IMG/VR virus record: IMGVR_UViG_3300020045_003383
Span: 1 to 41,508 of that record
Strand: one strand, 5' to 3'
Length of the DNA: 41,508 nucleotides
Source of the DNA: a virus
Taxonomy: Duplodnaviria > Caudoviricetes
Shown: positions 27,960 to 35,277 of the stretch, piece by piece
Numbering within the stretch: the stretch's first letter is position 1
Layout of the letters: the number at the start of each line of letters is the position of its first letter
The notes under the pieces: generated by a model
Told to the model about the DNA's origin: nothing
What the model saw: only the letters and a program-made list of their open reading frames with translations
Databases searched by the model: none
Made by a program: the position numbers and the translations under genes

Positions 27960-29486
27960 TTAGAAAGGGGCATTGTCAGCCACTACGCCAACGTTGCCGT
28001 GAGATTGAACTACGTTTAAATTATTTCCTATCATGTGCCAGTATTCCGTACGCATGTCTAGTCCGTATGCTTGAGCGTCTAAGATATCATCTCGATTATC
28101 CTTTGCGCCAAGTTTGTAAGCCATAGCCTGAAAGGTGAATAAGGCTCTTTCTTCTGGATTGTGATGAGAGTAGTTTCCTTCATATAATTCCTGAACAAAG
28201 GCACGAATTCTAGACTCTTTACTTCTTCCATGCGGCTTTAATTCTACTACTTGTATGCCAGTTATCTCTAGTGCAGTAAGATAGTGCTGTAGCCAGAATT
28301 GTAAAGACTGCTGGTAGCCTACAGTTTCTACTCCAATTACTGTTGCGCCTAATTCAATAGCCATAGCAATGGCGGTTTTAACAGTCTGCTCTGGTGTAAA
28401 CTTGCCTGCTGCTGTCTTTAAGACTACGCCTTTGTTATCATGAATACCATGCCCTACTACTACGTTATCATCAGAGGTTTTTCTGTAACCCGCAGGGTCA
28501 ATTGTAATAAATACGCCATCAAAGGTATTAGGATTAAGCTCAGGAATAGGTAATGGTATAGGAAGAAGGCTAGTGCCTACACTTCTAGGGTCATTCATGA
28601 CCTCTGCGTACCATTCGTCTGCTAAGCCTAGGCTCTCATCATGGAAAAAAGACTCCATAAGAGATTCTAAAGAGTGAATTTCTTTCCATAAAGGCTCGCC
28701 GTTCTCAAGAATTGCGCCAGTAATAAGACTAATCCAATAAGGAGAGTCTTGCAATTGTTTTAAAATGCACTTATCCGAATACATATTCCCAATATAGAGG
28801 ACTAAGCGGTTGCCTTTTGTTTCAATAGACTTTAAAAGGGTAGCACCAAACCAAGAAAGCAGAGAAGTTCTTTCAGTAGGACTTTTGTCATTCTCTTTAG
28901 TCTGCATGTCATCGCAAAGAATTACTTCAGGGCGTACATTGTCCTTATTATTACCACGAACAGCAGTCATTGCGCCTCTAGCCTGCAGCATGACGATTAC
29001 GCCGTTATAAACACAAGTCTTTGACTCTTTATTATCTACACTTAGGTTATTCTTCCATGAGCCATAGACGGCTTCCATGTTAGGAGAACCCATTATGTTA
29101 CTTAAGTCATCTATTAGGTTTTCCGCATTAGGCTGGGTTGAGCAGACTACCATGTAAGAACGCGCTTGTTTATAAGCAATCATCCAAGCAAGGATAACTT
29201 TAATAAAGGTAGTCTTTGCATGCCCCCGTGGTAAGCCTAAAGCAAAGCGAAGAATAGCCCCCTGAGCAATGCCGCCTCTTTTAATGATAATTTGGAAGCA
29301 CATTAAATAGAAGTACGGCAATGCAGAAAGCATTACACTTGGAAGTGCCAGAGCAGCAAAGAAGTTAATGTCTACAAAGCCTCTTTCATACGCAGAAGAT
29401 ACTTCCGCAGAGATAGTTAGTAGCTCTGGACCTTCTTTTATCTCTTCTAAGATAGCTTGAGAGCCAGAAGTTTGTAACTCAGCCAT
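27960..29486 (-). CDS. terL: Terminase large subunit
   Basis: Walker A PRGHAKTT, Walker B RPEVILCDD, YIGN coupling motif, nuclease ITIDPAG, GVETVGYQ, DDILDA. Confidence 0.95.
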   Translation of the reverse strand: MAELQTSGSQAILEEIKEGPELLTISAEVSSAYERGFVDINFFAALALPSVMLSALPYFYLMCFQIIIKRGGIAQGAILRFALGLPRGHAKTTFIKVILAWMIAYKQARSYMVVCSTQPNAENLIDDLSNIMGSPNMEAVYGSWKNNLSVDNKESKTCVYNGVIVMLQARGAMTAVRGNNKDNVRPEVILCDDMQTKENDKSPTERTSLLSWFGATLLKSIETKGNRLVLYIGNMYSDKCILKQLQDSPYWISLITGAILENGEPLWKEIHSLESLMESFFHDESLGLADEWYAEVMNDPRSVGTSLLPIPLPIPELNPNTFDGVFITIDPAGYRKTSDDNVVVGHGIHDNKGVVLKTAAGKFTPEQTVKTAIAMAIELGATVIGVETVGYQQSLQFWLQHYLTALEITGIQVVELKPHGRSKESRIRAFVQELYEGNYSHHNPEERALFTFQAMAYKLGAKDNRDDILDAQAYGLDMRTEYWHMIGNNLNVVQSHGNVGVVADNAPF

Positions 29487-29489
29487 TTT

Positions 29490-29618
29490 TTATGCTAGCT
29501 TTGGCAAATTTAAAAGACTTTTACTAGGAACTACTAAGCTTTTTAAGGCAATAGCAGCACTTAGTGCATTCTTTTTAGCCATTTGTACTTGTATTTCTTT
29601 AGTTTGAGCGATTGTCAT
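29490..29618 (-). CDS. Small hypothetical protein, 42 aa (not in ORF track)
   Basis: MTIAQTKEIQVQMAKKNALSAAIALKSLVVPSKSLLNLPKLA; GAAGGA RBS; ends 3 nt before TerL start. Confidence 0.65.
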   Translation of the reverse strand: MTIAQTKEIQVQMAKKNALSAAIALKSLVVPSKSLLNLPKLA

Positions 29619-29665
29619 AGTAGTTCCTTCCATATTCTTTTAAGTTAATAAGAATTTTGTGTTAA

Positions 29666-30178
29666 TTAAGCGTCTTGAGCTTCCAAAACCTTCTTGTCGA
29701 ATAGACTTTTAACAGCCCCCGAAGGCATTGGACTCATTGGTTTGTTTTCAATAGTAGTAATTTCAGAAGCAGAATTCACTGTATACTCAGGAATAGCATG
29801 AGCAGGAATATTAAGTGTTACTCTGATTTCTGTTAAGCCTGCGGCAGAAGGATTATAGCCTGCTTTACGATTAGCAATCTTGTCTTGACGTGAGCCGACT
29901 ACTTCTAAGGTTCGTGTAGCCTCTCGTATATCACTTCCTGGAAGTAGGGCTTCTATTCGTTGTAGAATTTTATGCTCCAAACTTAAGTGTTTATTAGAAA
30001 TAATTTCTTCTTCATTTGCAGCTTCCATGTAAGGCTTAGCAGCTTCAGCTACTTCTTTCATGAACTCTTCATTCTTAAGCAAAGAGTTTAAATAAGCAGG
30101 CTGGCAGCCTACTACACTCAGAACTTGCTGAGGAGTCATGCCTTGTGCTAGGAATTCTTTTATTCTTGCATTGCTCAT
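29666..30178 (-). CDS. terS: Probable terminase small subunit
   Basis: N-terminal HTH (GMTPQQVLSVVGCQPAYLNSLL), helical core; upstream of TerL; AAGGAG RBS. Confidence 0.65.
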   Translation of the reverse strand: MSNARIKEFLAQGMTPQQVLSVVGCQPAYLNSLLKNEEFMKEVAEAAKPYMEAANEEEIISNKHLSLEHKILQRIEALLPGSDIREATRTLEVVGSRQDKIANRKAGYNPSAAGLTEIRVTLNIPAHAIPEYTVNSASEITTIENKPMSPMPSGAVKSLFDKKVLEAQDA

Positions 30179-30222
30179 TTTAAATTCTCCTTACGACTTC
30201 TGTTGCCCCTTACTATGTTCTT

Positions 30223-30251
30223 AATATACGCTAGGAAAAGAAGAAAATCAA
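30223..30251 (-). promoter_or_regulatory. Sigma70-like promoter for the morphogenesis arm
   Basis: TTGATT-N17-TATATT, 45 bp upstream of terS. Confidence 0.6.
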
Positions 30252-30611
30252 GAAAAATTTTTAGAATTTTTATGGGCGAATAAGAAGACTATCTTAGAAA
30301 CAGAAGTATAGTAAGAAATTTGGTTTTTGGTAGAAAATTAGTTGAGAGGGATTATTGATTCAGGCGTAGTAAAAACTAAAAAAGGTCTCCACTAGGGGGT
30401 ATCTTAGGGTTTCTTTTGTGAAACAAAAGCAGGGTTTAAAGAAGTAGTTAAGCATACGTAGTATTCATTGTTAGAACGTTTTTAAATAAAGAGTTCCTTT
30501 TAAGGGTTTAGTCTTTTTCCTTAGAATAAGGAAAAAGAAAAATTTTTTGCACTATTATGGTGCATAGTCTTTTCTATTGTTAGTCTGTGGGTTTTAGTAG
30601 AATGAATAGGC

Positions 30612-30653
30612 AAAATAAAAGCCCTTAAAAATACTAAGGGCTTTTATTCTTTT
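30612..30653. terminator. Intrinsic terminator (bidirectional geometry) separating the small minus-strand cluster from the late arm
   Basis: AATAAAAGCCCTTA(30614-30627)/TAAGGGCTTTTATT(30635-30648). Confidence 0.85.
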
Positions 30654-30674
30654 ACGGCTGGCTACTGCTAACTA

Positions 30675-31331
30675 TTAAAAGTCATCTGCTGTCGTAGTAT
30701 CTTCGCAGATTTCAGCCAATACAGTTAAATAGTTCTCGTAACGTGTAGCCTGTTCCGCGCTTAGTGTGTCGCTAAAGTCTGAAACATAAGATAGCATTTT
30801 CGCTTTGACTTCTGCCGCTTGAGTGCCTAGTGCATCTTTTGAGCTAAACAAGGCTAAAAGTTGCTCTTGTGTTTTAGGCGTTTTACCTAGCGTTTTAACC
30901 CACGCACCAAATAAGGCTTTTACTTCGCGCAAGATTGCTAATCCCTCGCCTGTGTTAGTGCTTTCGGCTGTTAAGTCTGCCCAGTCTTTCGCCACTGTAG
31001 ATTGGCTAGACTTGAATTCTAGGCTTTGCGGTTTTAGTTTGTTGCGTGTTTGGTTCTTTACTTGATTAAAGATGGTAGCCTGTAACCAATTATGAACAAT
31101 ATTCTTGTAAACTGGTAGACCGTCGTCGGTTTTGACTTCTGTTTTGTCTGCGTTAAGTTCACGTTCCAAGCCTGTTAAACCCTCTAGGGCTTCTAGCGTT
31201 GGGACATAGATTTCAACATTGCCAATGGCTTCGCGTTTTTTAGTCTTATCATTAGTCTTTGATACTTCCATTTGATAAGCGATAAAACCCACGGCTAAAC
31301 CTGCTACTACTGCGCTTTTAACTTGTTCCAT
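30675..31331 (-). CDS. Hypothetical protein (218 aa)
   Basis: ATG 31331 with AGGAG RBS 8 nt upstream; acidic C-terminus ending DDF. Confidence 0.8.
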   Translation of the reverse strand: MEQVKSAVVAGLAVGFIAYQMEVSKTNDKTKKREAIGNVEIYVPTLEALEGLTGLERELNADKTEVKTDDGLPVYKNIVHNWLQATIFNQVKNQTRNKLKPQSLEFKSSQSTVAKDWADLTAESTNTGEGLAILREVKALFGAWVKTLGKTPKTQEQLLALFSSKDALGTQAAEVKAKMLSYVSDFSDTLSAEQATRYENYLTVLAEICEDTTTADDF

Positions 31332-31456
31332 TTTTAACACTCCTAAAATTTGCCCTTGCTTGGTAACGGTGCAAAGGCTTAACCGCTTAAAACTCTGTTT
31401 AACTAATATGTGTTTAGTATATCAAATTAAAATAAGAATGTATACATATTAAAATA

Positions 31457-31708
31457 TTAGTCTGTTTGGATAATAACTTCTATTCCACCTTGTTCTAAAA
31501 TTGCACTAATATTAAAAACTCTATCCCTAGCCTCTTCGCTAGTGGCTTTCTTTCTCCATTGCAAAAGACAATCATTAGTATAGTCTATTTCTTGTTGCTT
31601 ATTGTCATTAATGAAAGGCTGATTATTTTGTGCTTGTATTGCTTTAATAAAATACTCTTTAGCCTTTTTTGGGCTGGTAGGCTTTCCGTCAATATATAGT
31701 AAGACCAT
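31457..31708 (-). CDS. Hypothetical protein
   Basis: AAGGA RBS; 83 aa. Confidence 0.7.
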   Translation of the reverse strand: MVLLYIDGKPTSPKKAKEYFIKAIQAQNNQPFINDNKQQEIDYTNDCLLQWRKKATSEEARDRVFNISAILEQGGIEVIIQTD

Positions 31709-31741
31709 GATTATTCCTTTATATGTATATAAGTATAAGAA

Positions 31742-31879
31742 TTAAACTACTGTTAAACCGCTTGCTAATACTATGCGCGCTATGTTTAACGGCACATTCT
31801 GTTTTTGTAACATTCTAGCTACTGCATAAGTTCCGCATTTTCTTTGTAAGGCTTTAAGTTCTTTATATGAATAAGGCAT
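31742..31879 (-). CDS. Small basic helical protein, 45 aa (not in ORF track)
   Basis: MPYSYKELKALQRKCGTYAVARMLQKQNVPLNIARIVLASGLTVV; GGAG RBS. Confidence 0.7.
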   Translation of the reverse strand: MPYSYKELKALQRKCGTYAVARMLQKQNVPLNIARIVLASGLTVV

Positions 31880-31941
31880 TTTGTAAACTCCAATTAAGGT
31901 TAAAAGTCTGTTCGGTTAAATTCGTTTAGTGCATGAATAGA

Positions 31942-31970
31942 ATATTAATTGAATACAAAAGACTGTGCAA
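31942..31970 (-). promoter_or_regulatory. Possible sigma70 promoter for the minus-strand three-gene cluster
   Basis: TTGCAC-N17-TAATAT. Confidence 0.35.
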
Positions 31971-32263
31971 GCTATAAATGCAAATAAATTCTATTTATAT
32001 GTAAATTCTTTTCTTTTGTTGTATTTAAGCAACATTCTAGGTAACGAGAAAAGACTATTTTTAAAAAGAATTCTATGCACTAGTTTGGTGCATTTTGAAA
32101 GTCTTTTTATTTTGGAAATTCTTTTTTATTATTCCATAAGTAATACAAAGACAGACCTATTTTCCTTGCATTCTTTCTTATATACGTAGAAATTCTATAT
32201 ATGACTAACAGACTATTCTTTTTAGTAGAAATTCCAAAACTCTCCGCTTTCCCCGCTTTCCCC

Positions 32264-32568
32264 AAATTCCATGTTTAGGGGGGTAGAACCTGAAAACCGA
32301 TAAACTATATGACAAATGTGAATAGACTATCCTGCTACGCAGACTGATTAGCTAGGTAGGAAGTATTTAAGGAGTAAAGAATTTTTAAGGTAGAAAGAAG
32401 TTTACGTAATATTAAAATAAATTAAAAATTTTGTTCTATATGAAAAACTGGGTACACTACATGAAACTACTTCCTTTTAACATCAGACTATAATACAAGA
32501 ACAGACTACTAGATTATTCCTTATTATATACATGGTTTTAAACTCTCACCCCCCTATTAGCGGAATTT
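32264..32568. repeat. Dyad-symmetric non-coding element (candidate origin)
   Basis: AAATTCC-N5-TAGGGGGGT-N8-AAAACC at 32264-32298, inverted copy at 32534-32568; inner AGGAAGTA/TACTTCCT; AT-rich centre. Confidence 0.8.
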
Positions 32569-32618
32569 TGAGATTTTCAGGCGTTTTGAGATTTTTTAGC
32601 ATTTTTGCATTCTAGCTA

Positions 32619-32647
32619 TTGCGTTTTGTGTTAAATTCCTGTAAGCT
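32619..32647 (+). promoter_or_regulatory. Possible sigma70 early promoter
   Basis: TTGCGT-N17-TAAGCT, upstream of first + arm gene. Confidence 0.4.
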
Positions 32648-32760
32648 ATAGGAATGTAATAATATTAATATTCTATTCTATGGTTTATAGTCTTTCTTTA
32701 GAATAGTAGTTTGAATGTAAAAGACTATAATTAAATCAACTTTTTACAAAGGTGTATATT

Positions 32761-33813
32761 ATGTTACTTAATGCTAAGAATTTATTTTTGGGAATAGACT
32801 CCACGATGAAGTCAGAATTCTCTCTTACTTGCCCCAAGACTGGAATTGTTCTTCTAGTACAAACGAATTCTTCTTCCTTAGATTCTGTTTTAAAGTTTGA
32901 GTCTGAGTATGCTTCTTTTCAATGGTGTATTGGTTTGGGAAAGAAAGAATTGGACTCTTTGAATAAGAATACCTTGAGTGGTATTTTACTAACAGTGTAT
33001 AAGAATTTTGACTTAATTCTAAGTAAAGACCCTATTGAAGTACAGAATTCTTTATTAAGTAGTGCTTCTGCGGATACATTGAAGTCTTTAATCTTAATCG
33101 GCTTAGGCTTCACTGAAAAGAAAGCAAAGAAAATTCCTTCTATTAATATTTCTTTTGATAGCCAAAAGACTGTTAAGAGCGCAGAAGAAATGCTTATGGA
33201 AGAATATAAGCGTATTAAAGAAATTCTTTTAACAATGAATGCCAATAGGAATGTTGAAAAGTATTCTTATGATGAGAATTCTGACGAAGAGTATGAGAAA
33301 GTTTATTCTGTTATTGTTAAGAGCAAAGCCTCTAAGAATGCAATTGCTAAGAATGAAATTCAAGAAGCAAAGTCTTTAGCTGTTAAAAGTATTTCTTTCT
33401 TAAAGACTGCTTTAATAGATGGGGGATATGAAAAACTCTTTCAGAAGTATTCTTCTATCTTAATCGCAAAGACTGCCTATACAATTGACGCAGAGCTTAG
33501 AGAGAAACTAATTCTACGCCTAACTCAAGCTAACATGGAAATAGGCGAAGCCTTTACAAAAGAATTCGGACATTGCATTCGTTATCTACAAAAAACTAAT
33601 TCTCTAGTAGGTTCTTCTTCTTTTGTAAATTCAATTGATACACTAAGCCATTCTATGCTAGAAGAAGATATTAAAGAACACAAGGTAGAAACCTTTAGAG
33701 AGAAATTAGCCCGTAAAGCAAAAGAACGCGCAGAGAGAGCTTTGCAAGTAGAAAAGAATAACCTTGAAGGCGATATTTTCTTAACTCAATCTACATTCAC
33801 AAAAGAAGACTAA
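32761..33813 (+). CDS. Hypothetical protein, first gene of early arm
   Basis: Long ORF; start 32761 (AAGGTG upstream) or 32806; LTCPKTG near N-terminus; ETFREKLARK near C-terminus. Confidence 0.8.
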   Translation: MLLNAKNLFLGIDSTMKSEFSLTCPKTGIVLLVQTNSSSLDSVLKFESEYASFQWCIGLGKKELDSLNKNTLSGILLTVYKNFDLILSKDPIEVQNSLLSSASADTLKSLILIGLGFTEKKAKKIPSINISFDSQKTVKSAEEMLMEEYKRIKEILLTMNANRNVEKYSYDENSDEEYEKVYSVIVKSKASKNAIAKNEIQEAKSLAVKSISFLKTALIDGGYEKLFQKYSSILIAKTAYTIDAELREKLILRLTQANMEIGEAFTKEFGHCIRYLQKTNSLVGSSSFVNSIDTLSHSMLEEDIKEHKVETFREKLARKAKERAERALQVEKNNLEGDIFLTQSTFTKED

Positions 33814-33815
33814 TC

Positions 33816-34520
33816 ATGAAAAAAGCTACTGATAATGCATTATTACAATTAAAGAATACTCTTAAAACTAATTCTTACTATTCAAACACAAAGCATATCT
33901 TATATGCAGTAGACTTCTCAATTTTCCACACTGGCAAAGTTAAAAAGTCTTTCATTAAGTCTGGCTTTATCCGTTCTATGCTAATGACTAATAAAACTCT
34001 TCTTGAGTATAGTACATTAGTTTATTGCAATCAGCCTTTTGTTTTACACGTAGAATTATCCTTTCAAAGCAGAATTAAAACAAAAGTCTTAAAAGGTGAC
34101 GCTACTTTAAACAATTGTATTCTATCCTTTCAAATCCATACTGATGGTAAACAGATTGTTGTAGTAAAAGAAGATAACCAGCCAATTAAAACGGCAGAGA
34201 AAAAGAAGGCTAAGAAGCAAAGACTCCACGGTAGCATAATCCCTTTCTCTCCTACAGATTCTTCTATTAATCAAACTTCGTTGCAAGGCAATAGACCTGA
34301 TTGGGTAATAGTAGATGAATATATGAAAGAAGAAGAATTAAAGGATAGAAAAATACAAAAGGATTCTATTCATTTTATGGCTTCTGAAAGACTTAAAGAC
34401 CAAATTAAGCAATTCCATCACGCTAGTAACTACGGAATGTCTAAAGAAGACTTCATAGCTTTAAGAGAAGGCTCATTTGACGTAGAATTCCCAAATAAAG
34501 AAGTAGGAGAAGAAAAATGA
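33816..34520 (+). CDS. Hypothetical protein with C-terminal terminase-like and PolA-like motif fragments
   Basis: HGSIIPFS..SLQGNRPDWVIVDE and KQFHHASNYGMSKEDF. Confidence 0.8.
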   Translation: MKKATDNALLQLKNTLKTNSYYSNTKHILYAVDFSIFHTGKVKKSFIKSGFIRSMLMTNKTLLEYSTLVYCNQPFVLHVELSFQSRIKTKVLKGDATLNNCILSFQIHTDGKQIVVVKEDNQPIKTAEKKKAKKQRLHGSIIPFSPTDSSINQTSLQGNRPDWVIVDEYMKEEELKDRKIQKDSIHFMASERLKDQIKQFHHASNYGMSKEDFIALREGSFDVEFPNKEVGEEK

Positions 34521-34855
34521 GTCCATTTAAACAAAGAATTAATGACAACCTCTTTTCATTGCGAAGAGTACGAGGCGAAAGCCTTGCCATGCTAGAGAAT
34601 TTAACTAAGCATTCTATCTACTTGTATGGGCTAGAACAGACTATTATCATGCTAAACAAAGTAGCTGGATATTCTTTAACTGGTAAAGTAGAAAACTTAT
34701 TAGCACCAGCAGTCCAAGCCTTAGACGTAAGTGGCGAACTAAGAAAGAATATGAGTATGGAAGACTTGCTTCTTTTGCAGTCTAAACCAGGCTACATTTA
34801 CGTTACTATGGCGGCTATCAGAATTCTTGAAGACTTAGCCCCTAAATTAGAATAA
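34517..34855 (+). CDS. Hypothetical protein
   Basis: ATGA overlap, AGGAG RBS. Confidence 0.75.
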   Translation: MSPFKQRINDNLFSLRRVRGESLAMLENLTKHSIYLYGLEQTIIMLNKVAGYSLTGKVENLLAPAVQALDVSGELRKNMSMEDLLLLQSKPGYIYVTMAAIRILEDLAPKLE

Positions 34856-34869
34856 TACTGGAGAATATA

Positions 34870-35277
34870 ATGAGCTTATTAGGACAAGACTTTTCTTCCC
34901 ATTCTTTAATGACAGAAGAAAAAACTTATAACTACCAATTTGAACGAGCAAAGACTTTTACCCTTGACCACTTAGAAGATTTAACAGATGAAATTCTATG
35001 TAGGCAATACAATAACCCCAATACTTACATTCTATTTCGTCAGCTTGATTGGGGTAAAGAAGGCTACAAAGCAATCAAAAGTCAATACTTCATAGACTCT
35101 TTAGTTACTAAAAGCCTTGACTTAGAAATAATAGAATTACATGAAATAACAGAAGATGAGCTAGTTAAAAAGTTTCGTAAAGCTTTTGACTTCATTATAA
35201 AAAGAAGCTATCAAAAGCTATTAGATATGGAATACACAGACTCGTTACAATCAGACTCATTGGAGAAAATATCATGA
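34870..35277 (+). CDS. Hypothetical protein
   Basis: GGAG RBS, in operon. Confidence 0.75.
   Translation: MSLLGQDFSSHSLMTEEKTYNYQFERAKTFTLDHLEDLTDEILCRQYNNPNTYILFRQLDWGKEGYKAIKSQYFIDSLVTKSLDLEIIELHEITEDELVKKFRKAFDFIIKRSYQKLLDMEYTDSLQSDSLEKIS

Noticed and set aside
31965-32189. 74-aa + strand ORF
   Set aside because: No RBS, GTG start, F/L/Y-rich composition typical of AT-rich non-coding DNA.
32240-32600. CRISPR-like or tRNA-like array in the non-coding region
   Set aside because: Repeats are inverted or only two-copy tandem; no repeat-spacer periodicity or cloverleaf.
33816-34520. Pseudogene of a second terminase or polymerase
   Set aside because: The ORF is intact and tightly packed with its neighbours, and the fragments come from two unrelated proteins without any other parts of either.
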